Below, piece by piece: positions 1 through 9,261 of a stretch of DNA of 64,000 nt. Position 1 is the stretch's first letter; every line of letters begins with the position of its first letter. Made by a program: the position numbers and the translations under genes. The stretch is from assembly GCA_965261395.1 (NCBI GenBank), contig OZ253462.1, forward strand, positions 5,248,001 through 5,312,000, read 5' to 3'. The DNA comes from Candidatus Latescibacterota bacterium. GTDB lineage: Bacteria; Latescibacterota; UBA2968; UBA8231. Below the pieces are notes generated by a model. It made no database searches. It was given only the letters and a program-made list of their open reading frames with translations, and was not told the DNA's origin.

Positions 1-2
1 TC

Positions 3-653
3 CGCGAGCTGCGCGGCGGCGAGCGCGAGCGCACCTCGGGATGGTCGGGCGTTATGACCGTTCCGCGCCTGTTGTCGCTGGACCCCAGCGGTCACCTGCA
101 GATCGACCCAGCCCCAGAGTTGGAGGTGTTGCGGCTGGATCAGCACCGACATGGGTCCATTGACGTGGCCGTCGATTCCGAGGTAGTGGTCGAGAGAGTC
201 GGCGGTGACTGCTTGGAATTGGCCGTTGAGATCGATCCGCAGGAAGCGCGGGAAGTGGGGCTGAAGGTTCGGCGCTCCCCAGGGGGCGAGGAGGAAACAG
301 CCATCTCCTACGATGCCGCAGCCGCCGTGCTGCGGATTGACGTCAGCCGGTCGTCGCTCGACCGCGAGATACGCTACACCCGCTACCGCAGTCTCCAGCC
401 GCATCTGGCCGAGAGCGAGCAGTACGTCACCGCCCAAGAAGGGCCGTTCGAACTGGCCCCGGACGAACTGCTGACCCTGCGCATCTTCTTGGACCGTTCG
501 ATCCTCGAAGTCTTTGCCAATCGCCGACAATGCGTGACCCAGCGCATCTATCCGACGCGAACCGACAGCATCGGCGTTAGCCTGTTTGCACGCGGAGGTA
601 ACGCCAAGGTGCAGTCGCTGCAAGCCTGGACTCTGGCCCCGACGCGGATGTGA
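3..653 (+). CDS. Glycoside hydrolase family 32 (beta-fructosidase-like), C-terminal part; gene begins upstream of the window
   Basis: Frame is open from the window edge: RELRGGERERTSGWSGVMTVPR (GH32 GWxGxMxxPR motif), plus the C-terminal beta-sandwich motif LRIFLDRSILEVFAN...TQRIYP. Confidence 0.85.
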   Translation, partial: RELRGGERERTSGWSGVMTVPRLLSLDPSGHLQIDPAPELEVLRLDQHRHGSIDVAVDSEVVVERVGGDCLELAVEIDPQEAREVGLKVRRSPGGEEETAISYDAAAAVLRIDVSRSSLDREIRYTRYRSLQPHLAESEQYVTAQEGPFELAPDELLTLRIFLDRSILEVFANRRQCVTQRIYPTRTDSIGVSLFARGGNAKVQSLQAWTLAPTRM

Positions 654-750
654 TACCCTCCGTACTAAAGGGCACGTCCCAGCTCTCCGGTGGCGCGCAT
701 CCTGCGCAACAAACAGAGTCGTCTGAAAATGCACGAGTCCCCCAGAAGCG

Positions 751-1758
751 TTAATCAATCGCGTCCTGTTTCAAGTACTTGACCACCTCGTATAGGGTAG
801 TGCAGATGCGCTCGCCAGCCGCCGTGTAAAGCCGCCAAACCGTGCCGCCGTTGTCGTGGATGATCTCGACGCACGTCGGCGCGTCTTCCGCCACGCGAAA
901 CCCCGCCCGTTCCAACGCGCGCGCGGTCCACAGGGCATGGATCCCTTCCCCAACCAAGCCGATCTCTCCTTCCGGCTCTTGCGCCAGATGAAAAGAACCA
1001 ATGGCCGGGTCGAATTCCACGTCCGCAAACGTCCGTTGAAAAGCCCCGCTCAACACCAAGTCTTCCGGTGCCCCAGTTTGCAAAGGACCATCCAGCGGCA
1101 GCAGCCAGAGGCGGTCGGCACAGCGCAGGGCCAAGTCCAAATCGTGCGTAGAAAGCAAGACGGCGCGATCGCTATCGCCGACCAAGCGGCGCAACAACTG
1201 CACGATTTCTACCCGCCGCGGCAAGTCCAAAAAGGCTGTAGGCTCGTCGAGGAGCAGCACCGCTGGTTCCTGTGCCAAGGCGCGGGCAATCATCACCTTT
1301 TGCCGTTCGCCATCGCTTAGTTCGCCGACGCTGCGCGCGGCCAAGTCCCTAGCCCCCACTGCGTCAATAGCCCAGCGCACCACCTCTTCGTCCGCAGGGG
1401 AAAGGCTGCCGTCCCAGCCCGTGTACGGATAGCGACCGAGCGCCACGAGTGCATAGGCCGACAAGTTGCCCACATCCACCCGCTCGGTCAGGACTAAGCC
1501 CAAAAGCCGCGCCCGTTCGCTATCGGTCAGCCCGTGCAGGTCGCGGTCTTCGAGAAGCACCTCGCCAGCCAGCGGCTTTTGCAGGCCAGCCAGCGTGCGC
1601 ATGAGCGTGGATTTGCCAGCACCATTGGGTCCCAACAAGCAAACCAGTTCCCCCTTGAGCAATTCCACGCCAAGGTCCGCGGCCACGGTAATGCGCGGGC
1701 GTCGCTTGGGCGCGTAGCCAATGCACAGGCCGCGCGTTTGTAGGATGGTCGCAGCCAC
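751..1758 (-). CDS. Cobalamin/iron-siderophore ABC transporter ATP-binding protein (BtuD/FecE-like)
   Basis: Walker A GPNGAGKST, signature LSDGERQ, Walker B LLLDEPT, H-loop STHD; GTG start at 1758 chosen because the longer ORF overlaps the permease. Confidence 0.9.
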   Translation of the reverse strand: MAATILQTRGLCIGYAPKRRPRITVAADLGVELLKGELVCLLGPNGAGKSTLMRTLAGLQKPLAGEVLLEDRDLHGLTDSERARLLGLVLTERVDVGNLSAYALVALGRYPYTGWDGSLSPADEEVVRWAIDAVGARDLAARSVGELSDGERQKVMIARALAQEPAVLLLDEPTAFLDLPRRVEIVQLLRRLVGDSDRAVLLSTHDLDLALRCADRLWLLPLDGPLQTGAPEDLVLSGAFQRTFADVEFDPAIGSFHLAQEPEGEIGLVGEGIHALWTARALERAGFRVAEDAPTCVEIIHDNGGTVWRLYTAAGERICTTLYEVVKYLKQDAID

Positions 1759-1763
1759 GGCGT

Positions 1764-2840
1764 TCAGGCGGCAAAAGCCTGCCGCAGCGTGCGACGGCGC
1801 AAGATGATCCAAGTTACCACGGGCGCGCCGATCAGGGCGGTGACCGCGTTGAGCGGCAGGGTAGCTTCGCTGCCGGGCAAACGGGCCACCAGATCCGCAG
1901 TTAGAGCCAAAATGCCACCCAAAAGCACGCTGGCCGGCAGCAGTACGCGGTGGTCCGAGGTGTTGAAGAGAGCGCGGCACAAATGCGGCACGGCCACGCC
2001 CAAAAAGCCAATGGGACCGCAATAGGCCGTGACTGCGCCAGCCAGCAGCGCCGCACTGGCAATGATCCACAGCCGCGCCTGCCGCGCGCCCAAGCCCATA
2101 CTGCGCGCATAGGTTTCTCCGAGCAGCAGGGCATTGAGCGGTTTAACCAGCAATCCGGCAATCCCTAAACCAGCCAGCACCACCGGTGCTAAAAAGGTGA
2201 GTTGGCCCCAAGCGACCGCGCCAAAGCTGCCAAAGGTCCACAGGACGTAGGTCTGCACCTGTTCGGGAATGCTGAAGTAGAGCAATACGCTGACCACGGC
2301 ACTGGTCAGATAGCCGAACATCAGGCCGAGGATGAGCAAGGTCATGGTGTGCTGCACGCGCCGACCCACGAAAAGCACCAAGCCCAGCACTAGCGCCGCC
2401 CCAGCCACGGCCGCAACGACCACGCCGGCTTGGCCCAAAAGCCCCAGACCGGCCAAAAGCCCGCCCCCGGTGACGCCCGTGCCCAAGACGACCAACGCCA
2501 CGCCCAGACTAGCTCCGGCACTGATGCCGAGGATGAAGGGGTCGGCGAGGGGATTGCGGAACAGGGTCTGCATTTGCAAACCGCTGGCACTCAGGGCCGC
2601 GCCGGCCAATAGCGCGGTGAGCGCGCGCGGCAGGCGGATCGCGTAGATGATATGGCTCCAACTGGGCTTTTGGTCGGCTTCACCCCACAGGATGGCGACC
2701 ACCGCATCGAGGGGAATGGACACTGACCCCAAGCCTAGGCTGAGTGCAAAAAAGCCGAGTAAGGCCGCAGCCATCCCGAGGAAAAGTCCCCAGCGCGGAC
2801 CCAGTCGGGGCCATGCAGCAGTAGTGGAAGCAGATGCCAC
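1764..2840 (-). CDS. FecCD/BtuC-family ABC permease
   Basis: IRLPRAL, QTLFRNPLADPFILGISAGA, LGETYARSMG and GPIGFLGVAVPH motifs; multiple transmembrane segments. Confidence 0.92.
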   Translation of the reverse strand: MASASTTAAWPRLGPRWGLFLGMAAALLGFFALSLGLGSVSIPLDAVVAILWGEADQKPSWSHIIYAIRLPRALTALLAGAALSASGLQMQTLFRNPLADPFILGISAGASLGVALVVLGTGVTGGGLLAGLGLLGQAGVVVAAVAGAALVLGLVLFVGRRVQHTMTLLILGLMFGYLTSAVVSVLLYFSIPEQVQTYVLWTFGSFGAVAWGQLTFLAPVVLAGLGIAGLLVKPLNALLLGETYARSMGLGARQARLWIIASAALLAGAVTAYCGPIGFLGVAVPHLCRALFNTSDHRVLLPASVLLGGILALTADLVARLPGSEATLPLNAVTALIGAPVVTWIILRRRTLRQAFAA

Positions 2841-2847
2841 GGCGTCT

Positions 2848-4008
2848 TCAGTCCAGTTTCTGATAGAACTTGAACGCGTGTTCCGGCAGGCGGTCGGGAT
2901 ACAGGATTTTTATGAAATCGGCCAACACGATATGAGGTTCGACAAGGCCGCTTTCCCAGTAGTCGTTGCCACCGTGCGCGTTGAGCCGGGCATTGGCGTT
3001 GTACACTCGGCCGCTTTGGAATGCGGCGAACGCAGAGTAGCGCTCGTCCGCGGCCTGCACCTCGGCCAGCGAATGCCATTCGTTGCGCATGGTCAGCCAA
3101 ACGTCGGCCGCATGGGCCTTTTCGTACACAGCCTCAAAGTCCAAAGGCAGGCTTCCCCCGGAATCGTCGTCGGCCCATAGGTACGCGCCGCCGGCTGTGG
3201 CGACCAATTGCGCTGCGTAGCTCTTGCCGCCAGCGACGTGCCAAGTGTCGCGCCAGAGGGAGCCACCGAACACCGTGGGGCGTTGGTCGGTGGGTACATC
3301 CTGCACCAAAGCCGCGTATTGCTGGTACTGGGCCACAATGTCCGCAAAGCGTTTTTCAGCCAAGGCTTCCGCATTGAAAAAAGCCGCGGTGAACTTGAGC
3401 CATTCCGTGCGGCCCAAAAGCGAAGGCTCGGTGTACTCGGCGTTGATGGCCACGGCCACGCCAGCCTGCTGCAAGACCGGGTGGGCATTGTACTGGGATT
3501 GGGCCGAGGCCACCGTCATCACCACGTCGGTCTCCAATTCCAGCACTAATTCGAGATTGACCCCGGCACCGTGACCGATTTCGGCAATTTTGCCAGCCGC
3601 AAAGCGCTGGTTGACGCCGGGCGAATGCACCATCTCAATGTCGCTGACCGCGACCAAATTTTCGAGCGCGTCGAGCAATTCGAGGTGCGGCAATTGGGTG
3701 GTCGATAGCGCCGCGAGGCGGCGGATGGGTACTGTGACGAGCTGAACGCCGTCGTACCCGCCGGGTGCAGGGGTGCCGCACTGGACCAATAAATACTGGA
3801 CGGCTTCTTGCGCACCGGGCCAAGGAGTATGCACGGTGACTACTTTGTAGTTGTTGAAGTACTCAATCGCGAAACTCTCGGCGTATTGTAGTTCGGCCTT
3901 GTGGGGGAAATAGTCCTTCGCCGAATCGTAGGTATCGACGCAGTCGGCCCCATTCGCCGCCGACACGCCGAAGACCAGCCACGCCCAAAAACACACTTTG
4001 CGCATCAA
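2848..4008 (-). CDS. Periplasmic substrate-binding protein, class III (BtuF/iron-siderophore type)
   Basis: Signal peptide; VPIRRLAALSTT, EPSLLGRTEWLKF and NDYWESG motifs; operon context. Confidence 0.85.
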   Translation of the reverse strand: MMRKVCFWAWLVFGVSAANGADCVDTYDSAKDYFPHKAELQYAESFAIEYFNNYKVVTVHTPWPGAQEAVQYLLVQCGTPAPGGYDGVQLVTVPIRRLAALSTTQLPHLELLDALENLVAVSDIEMVHSPGVNQRFAAGKIAEIGHGAGVNLELVLELETDVVMTVASAQSQYNAHPVLQQAGVAVAINAEYTEPSLLGRTEWLKFTAAFFNAEALAEKRFADIVAQYQQYAALVQDVPTDQRPTVFGGSLWRDTWHVAGGKSYAAQLVATAGGAYLWADDDSGGSLPLDFEAVYEKAHAADVWLTMRNEWHSLAEVQAADERYSAFAAFQSGRVYNANARLNAHGGNDYWESGLVEPHIVLADFIKILYPDRLPEHAFKFYQKLD

Positions 4009-4044
4009 ACACCTCCACCAAAAATCGACACCACCAAGATCAAC

Positions 4045-4611
4045 TTACTCATTGGTCGCGCCCTCCCCCGGCTTCCACAACACATCCGCCTCCCCGCCGT
4101 CGTTGACGGCCCGAGCCATCGCGAACAGCAAGTCGGAGAGCCGGTTGAGATACAGCAGAACCGGCTGGCCGACCGACTCTTGCTCCGCTAGCTGCCAAGT
4201 TGCACGCTCGGCGCGCCGACACACCGTACGCGCCAAGTGGAGCCAAGCGGCGGAGAGCCGTCCCCCAGGCAAGATGAAGCTCCGCAAGGGAGCCAAGTCT
4301 TGCGTGAGGCGGTCAATCTGCTGCTCTAGGAAAAGGACCTGCTGCGGCTGCACGCGCAGGCGCTCTTCTGCGCCATCCGCCTGCGGGACGCACAAATCGG
4401 CCCCCAAGTCGAAGAGATCGTTTTGCACCCGGGCGAGGACGTCGTCGTGCTCCGTGCCACTGGCTCGGGCCAGCCCTATCACCGAGTTCAGCTCATCTAC
4501 ACACCCATAAGCGGCGATGCGGGGACTCGTCTTGGGCACTTGCGACATATCGCCCAGCCGCGTCATACCGCCGTCGCCTGTCTTGGTGTAGAGCTTAGAT
4601 AGCGTAACCAT
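4045..4611 (-). CDS. pduO: ATP:cob(I)alamin adenosyltransferase, PduO type
   Basis: KLYTKTGDGG, AYGCVDELNS, FILPGG, ARTVCRRAER and YLNRLSDLLF motifs. Confidence 0.93.
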   Translation of the reverse strand: MVTLSKLYTKTGDGGMTRLGDMSQVPKTSPRIAAYGCVDELNSVIGLARASGTEHDDVLARVQNDLFDLGADLCVPQADGAEERLRVQPQQVLFLEQQIDRLTQDLAPLRSFILPGGRLSAAWLHLARTVCRRAERATWQLAEQESVGQPVLLYLNRLSDLLFAMARAVNDGGEADVLWKPGEGATNE

Positions 4612-4623
4612 GCCTGTTGCCTT

Positions 4624-6033
4624 TCATTTTATCAACATCACCTTGCCCACAGCGCTTTGACTGCCAGCGCGCAACTGCACCAGATACGCGCCGTTGCCCA
4701 CCGGCTCACCTGCGGCATTGCGACCGTCCCAGTGAAGCACGTGTCGCCCGGAGCCCATCGGGCCGGAGGTCAGGGTGCGGATGGTGCGGCCCAAGACGTC
4801 GTGGACGGTCAATTCGACTGGGGTATTGGCCTGCCATACCGCAAAGGGAATCTGCACCGAGGCGTTGAAGGGATTGGGATAGGCCGCCTCCAAGGCGAAT
4901 TCCTGCGGCAAGCCGCTGTCGGCAGTCTCTTCCACGGCCGTGGGGACGGTCACACCGCCCAACACCACGATACCCTGCGGCGGCAGGCCAGTGTCGATTG
5001 GACCGCGCAGAAACGCGCCGGTGGCCGCGTCATAGAATTTGAGTCCGGCGGCGTCCGGGTCGGAGAAGGAGCCGCGGTCAGCGACAATCAAGCGGTCGCC
5101 ATCTACAGCCAAGCTGGGGATAAAACCGCCGCTGATGTTTTCCAAGGGTGCGCCCACACTGCCGCTGGATAACTCAAAGGACCGGACGCTGTTGGCAAAA
5201 TTCTCGTCCGTGACCACAGCATAGCCCCGGTTTTGATCGACGAGTACCATAGATGTAATATCCCCGCCCAAGTCCCCTTCGCTGACGGCCAATCCAAGGC
5301 TGCGGTTGGTCGCCGTATCGACGATTTCCACCCCGCCGGACCGGTCGCCAAAACCGACCACGACCCCCACGGCGATCTGCTCGCCGATCACGGCCATGCT
5401 GTTGGGATTGGCGGAGCTCAGGGCAATACCTTGTACCCCCTCGGTGTCCAGGTCCACGTCCACGAGGGTGTCGCTGTTGAGATCAACGACGATCAGATAG
5501 CTGACGTCGGCCGGTCCCCAGCCGCTGTTGCGGTCGAGGCGCTGGCAGTTCAAGTAGAGCCGGTCGCCCACGCGGACGATTTGCGATACTTCGGGCAGGC
5601 CATCCGCGTCGGCGAACGCGCTCAGATCAATTTCGCCCAATTCTGCGCCGTCCTGGGGATTGACGATCAGCAGGGATGCCGCGTCGTAGCGCGTCACATA
5701 CGCCTTGTCGGGTGCGACGATCTCAATGTCGTGCGGGTTGGCACCATTGCCCACCGAAAACTGAGTCAGAGGAGTGCGCAAATCCATCGCGTCCAGCACC
5801 AAGATATTATCCTGGCCCAAGCGGTTGACGATATAGACGCGGCCGTCGTGGTAGTGCCCCACTGCGTCCGAGTGGATGCCCAACAGATTCACCTCAGCCT
5901 CGGCAGCATCCGCGGCCAAAAAGGCCGTGCTACCAGTGGAAAAGTCCGTGGTGATGACGAAGAGGTCGCTCTGCGCCGACGACGAGTTCGCCAGCAGCAA
6001 GAGAGAGACGGCTAAAATGGAAATGCGGTACAC
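4624..6033 (-). CDS. Secreted YncE/BtuG-like beta-propeller protein with a C-terminal PNPFN/FlgD-Ig (T9SS-CTD-like) domain
   Basis: GTG start after the AAGGAGG RBS; signal peptide; NPHDI..KAYVTRY propeller blades; C-terminal AYPNPFN...WDGRNAAGEPVGNGAYLVQL. Confidence 0.72.
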   Translation of the reverse strand: MYRISILAVSLLLLANSSSAQSDLFVITTDFSTGSTAFLAADAAEAEVNLLGIHSDAVGHYHDGRVYIVNRLGQDNILVLDAMDLRTPLTQFSVGNGANPHDIEIVAPDKAYVTRYDAASLLIVNPQDGAELGEIDLSAFADADGLPEVSQIVRVGDRLYLNCQRLDRNSGWGPADVSYLIVVDLNSDTLVDVDLDTEGVQGIALSSANPNSMAVIGEQIAVGVVVGFGDRSGGVEIVDTATNRSLGLAVSEGDLGGDITSMVLVDQNRGYAVVTDENFANSVRSFELSSGSVGAPLENISGGFIPSLAVDGDRLIVADRGSFSDPDAAGLKFYDAATGAFLRGPIDTGLPPQGIVVLGGVTVPTAVEETADSGLPQEFALEAAYPNPFNASVQIPFAVWQANTPVELTVHDVLGRTIRTLTSGPMGSGRHVLHWDGRNAAGEPVGNGAYLVQLRAGSQSAVGKVMLIK

Positions 6034-6058
6034 GTAAATCCTCCTTAGTTCGTGGTTA

Positions 6059-6114
6059 GTAGGGGCGTCCCCTAGGGAGCGGGGCATTTGGACGCCTACA
6101 AGGGTTGCCCCTAC
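6059..6114. repeat. GTAG-type REP-like palindrome
   Basis: GTAGGGGC...GCCCCTAC inverted ends; related elements at 33741-33768 and 35486-35499. Confidence 0.6.
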
Positions 6115-8375
6115 TGGTACGCAGCATAGTGCACGGAAAGCCCATACGAGCGGCCCGGCAGCGGGTAGCCCCACAGATCGGCCACTTGATTGTCGGTCAG
6201 GTTGCGCAACTCCCAAGACAAGGAGATGCCCTCGACCAACGGCACAGTGCCGCCGAGGTTGTATAGGGCGCGGACGGGCACGGCGCGCAGATTGGCCCGG
6301 TCGAGAAAATGCCGGCTTTCACGGCTAAATTCGCCGTATAGCTCAGCACGGCCTAGGTCGAGGGAGACGCGCGTATTGAGCCGATGACGCGGCGCATTGG
6401 GCAGGTCGTTGCCCCGTTCAAAAGAGAACGGGGTGCGGTTTTCAGCGCGCTGGTATGCGTAATTCCCACGGAGCGCCAGCCTTGGCAACAGCCGCGCTTC
6501 GACCCGAGTCTCCGCGCCGCGCAGCAAGGCCCGGCCCATATTGTGGGGCCGCGACACCCGCTGTGAGTTTTGTATAAAGCGAATGAGGTTTTCAACGCGA
6601 TTGCGATAGTACACGACCTCGGTCAGAACCAGCCCCACTTCATCGGCGGGACCACGGAAAACCACGCCCAAATCCCAGTTGTGCCCTTCTTCACTGACGA
6701 GGTTGGTATTGCCGATCACCGCGCCCCGGTCGCCGAACAGTTCAAAGAAATTGGGCGCGCGCTGATAGCGGCCGTTGTGGGTCTTGAGGGCCAAGCCAGC
6801 ACCTAAATCCAGGGCCGCGCCCATGCGGTAGCCCCACAGGATTTCGCCGTTGTCCCGGCTCGGCAACACCGCACTAGGCACGAAGTTCTTCCGATCGAAA
6901 AAGCGGTCGTCAAGCCCTTCTGCCTGCGTGCCGGCGTTGAGGGTCAAGCGCTGCCCAAGCGCTACCTCCACCTCGGTCCCGACGGCCAACGCCCGGCGGC
7001 GACTGCGCAAGAACCGACTGTCGGGCCGGAGTAGATCGTCGGGCACAAAGGTTTCGTGCCGAGCCGCTACAAAAGCGGTCAGCAAGGACTGGTCGGGCAG
7101 GAGGGCATTCACTTCGCCGCGCAGGCCCAAGCCCTGAGTGATGTTGCGGTCGTGCTGGCGGCCCAAACCCACTTCGCCGCGCCGATCCCGGTATTCGTCT
7201 TTTTCGCGGGAGAGGTGGGCTTTGAGTCGGTACCCGGCGCGGCTGTGCCCCAGCGGGCCGAAGAGCGCCGCTTCGGCAATATGACGCCACGTGTCGTAGC
7301 GAGTGTGCAGCGATTGGTTGTTGCCAATGCCGGGGATGCCTTTGTAGCTCAGGTCAAAGGTGTTGTGAATCTGCAAGCGGCTGGCACCCAAGCTGCGCCC
7401 GATTTTGGCCAAGCCGCGCAAGCCGCGAAAATCGCTGTTGAGCCGTCGCGCCCAGCCGTCGTCCTGAGAGTTGTACTCGGTGCCGTTGTCGTCCCAAAAG
7501 CGGAAGTCGTTGCGGCTGGCTCGGTAGTTGACCAAGCCCAAGTACTCCCAGCCCTTATAGGGGCCGCTGAGCGAAGCACCCAGTTGGCGGGTGTCGTACG
7601 AACCGGTGGCCGTGTGCAAGCGCGTGCGGACTTTGCCACCGAGTGGCTGGGTGCGGATGTGGACCACACCCCCGAGGCTGTTGCCGCCAAAGCGCGCTGG
7701 CACCGCGCCCCGGTATATATCGACGCTTTCGACGCCGCCGATGGACAGGCCGCCTAGATCCACACCACCGCCCACGGCTTGGTTGAGCGGCACCCCATCG
7801 AGGAAAACTTGGACCTGTTCGGCGGTGGACCCGCGAATGGAAAGGGTGCTAAAACTGCCCAACCCGCCGTAGCGGCGGATGTTGACGCCGGTGGCGCGGT
7901 CGAGGGTCTGGGCCAAGTCCGCACCAGGGGCGCGCCGGTTGCCCAAGGCGATGGTTTCGACGAAGGAGGCAATATGCTTGCCCTCGGGGTCGCGGCGGGC
8001 GCGGACCACCAACTCGTCCATGAGCATGGGCAGGGATTGCAGGTGCAACTCAACTGAAGTGGGGGCTGCGCCGATCTGGATGTGGCCTTGCAGGGGCCGG
8101 TAGCCCAGCCGTTCCACGCGCAAATCCCAAGTGCCTGTTGATAGATTTTCGAGCCGGAAGGTGCCGGTCGTATCACTGCGGACGGAACGGACTGCGCCGG
8201 ATGGGGCGCTCAGCGCCAATACGGCCCCGGACACGGGACGTCCCGCGTCTGGGTCGAGCAACCGGCCCTGTAGCGACCCGGCCAAAAGAGCCTCGGGATA
8301 CAGGGCCAGTAAGAGAAAAACAATAAAAAAGCCCGTCCTCGAATGAGGGCGGGTCTGGGTGCTTGTACTAGGCAC
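6111..8375 (-). CDS. btuB: TonB-dependent cobalamin receptor (BtuB-like) with an N-terminal carboxypeptidase-regulatory-like domain
   Basis: Plug motifs SIRGS..QVQVFLDGVP and GGVVHIRT; RAPNFFELF; C-terminal NLTD...YPLPGRSY; downstream of a cobalamin riboswitch. Confidence 0.85.
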   Translation of the reverse strand: MPSTSTQTRPHSRTGFFIVFLLLALYPEALLAGSLQGRLLDPDAGRPVSGAVLALSAPSGAVRSVRSDTTGTFRLENLSTGTWDLRVERLGYRPLQGHIQIGAAPTSVELHLQSLPMLMDELVVRARRDPEGKHIASFVETIALGNRRAPGADLAQTLDRATGVNIRRYGGLGSFSTLSIRGSTAEQVQVFLDGVPLNQAVGGGVDLGGLSIGGVESVDIYRGAVPARFGGNSLGGVVHIRTQPLGGKVRTRLHTATGSYDTRQLGASLSGPYKGWEYLGLVNYRASRNDFRFWDDNGTEYNSQDDGWARRLNSDFRGLRGLAKIGRSLGASRLQIHNTFDLSYKGIPGIGNNQSLHTRYDTWRHIAEAALFGPLGHSRAGYRLKAHLSREKDEYRDRRGEVGLGRQHDRNITQGLGLRGEVNALLPDQSLLTAFVAARHETFVPDDLLRPDSRFLRSRRRALAVGTEVEVALGQRLTLNAGTQAEGLDDRFFDRKNFVPSAVLPSRDNGEILWGYRMGAALDLGAGLALKTHNGRYQRAPNFFELFGDRGAVIGNTNLVSEEGHNWDLGVVFRGPADEVGLVLTEVVYYRNRVENLIRFIQNSQRVSRPHNMGRALLRGAETRVEARLLPRLALRGNYAYQRAENRTPFSFERGNDLPNAPRHRLNTRVSLDLGRAELYGEFSRESRHFLDRANLRAVPVRALYNLGGTVPLVEGISLSWELRNLTDNQVADLWGYPLPGRSYGLSVHYAAYQ
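8325..8354 (-). terminator. Hairpin plus U-tract inside the first codons of btuB (possible riboswitch expression platform)
   Basis: Minus strand reads GACCCGCCCTC-ATTC-GAGGACGGGC-TTTTTT. Confidence 0.5.
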
Positions 8376-8417
8376 CGGTGGACCAACCTTTCTGCCGAAG
8401 GGTGTCGTTCACCTCGG

Positions 8418-8622
8418 TCGCAGGCAGGTCTCCTGACTTCCGGTTATGCGCCGTCCGACTCCTTCCCGATCCACATGGGGATCAGTGGCTGATGTCGGGG
8501 ACGCGACGGCTAGTGAGCCGTCAACCGTTCACAGTGGCGGGACCGCGGCAGATTTGCACTGCCTTCCCTATTCTTCCGCTGCCGTAGCCGTACAACAGCG
8601 GACACCTGCGCCGTTATTTGAT
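8418..8622 (-). promoter_or_regulatory. Cobalamin riboswitch
   Basis: Minus strand carries AGGTG..., AATAGGGAAGGCAGTGCAAATCTGCCGCGGTCCCGCCACTGTG, GCCACTG...GGGAAGG and the B12 box AGTCAGGAGACCTGCC; lies directly upstream of B12 uptake genes. Confidence 0.95.
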
Positions 8623-8628
8623 TTGGCT

Positions 8629-8657
8629 ATTAAAAGGGCTGCGTTGGATTTCGTCAA
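8629..8657 (-). promoter_or_regulatory. Sigma70-type promoter for the riboswitch/btu operon
   Basis: TTGACG-N17-TTTAAT immediately 5' of the riboswitch. Confidence 0.7.
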
Positions 8658-8667
8658 GGGCACGCTG

Positions 8668-8700
8668 AAAAAACCCGTCTTCAGACTCGCGGGCTTTTCC
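8668..8700 (-). terminator. Possible intrinsic terminator insulating the btu promoter
   Basis: Minus strand reads AAGCCCG...CGGGTTTTTT. Confidence 0.4.
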
Positions 8701-8792
8701 GCGGCGATCATGGCACGGAAGTCCTCGTACACGGCCGAACCCTAACGCTGGTGAAAGGCCGTGCGCCGTTCTAAGAGCAGTTTAGCCAGCAC

Positions 8793-8960
8793 TTATCTCT
8801 CTTGCGAAGTCTGTTTTCCGCGGAGTACTCTGGCCCGATACTTCTCGTCCAACTCCTGATAATGGCGGACGAGTCTCCCCGGATCGTTCCCAACTTCTTC
8901 GGATATCTTCCGGCGGATAGCTCGAACTCGATCTATCACATCTTTAGAGTGCTCAGACAT
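8793..8960 (-). CDS. Small hypothetical protein of the kind usually found directly downstream of PIN-toxin genes
   Basis: MSEHSKDVIDRVRAIRRKISEEVGNDP; GGAGG RBS; its start overlaps the stop of a PIN-like C-terminal remnant. Confidence 0.55.
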   Translation of the reverse strand: MSEHSKDVIDRVRAIRRKISEEVGNDPGRLVRHYQELDEKYRARVLRGKQTSQER

Positions 8961-9000
8961 CATCCTCACCTCCAAGGAGTTCCAAGGGCGTCACAAGATA
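8953..9000 (-). pseudogene. 3' remnant of a PIN-domain gene
   Basis: Reads YLVTPLELLGGEDDV*, resembling the xVTPxEL C-terminus of PIN proteins; no intact upstream PIN sequence. Confidence 0.4.
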
Positions 9001-9261
9001 CACTCTTCCGCTCACTGTAATCTTCCTTCATGAAGTGGGTTGACATGAAGCCGTCTCTGAACCTCCGGCGGCCTTCGCTTGTAGCTCACCCGGAATTTTA
9101 AGACGGCTTCTAACCAAGCCCGGCAAGGCCATGTTCATGGCGTGGTCGATGCCTAGGCAGTTCGCGCTGTTCGACGATTTCGCCGAACAGCCCCTACCGC
9201 TCCCAGCAAGTCTTTCCTGTGGCCCAACGCCACAACAAAGGGGTCGGATGACAAAGCACTG

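Noticed and set aside
6034-6216. N-terminal extension of the 530-aa ORF
   Set aside because: It runs through the REP and the end of btuB; a strong RBS and signal peptide support a start at 6033.
8378-8745. Short plus-strand ORFs upstream of btuB
   Set aside because: They overlap the cobalamin riboswitch and promoter on the opposite strand.
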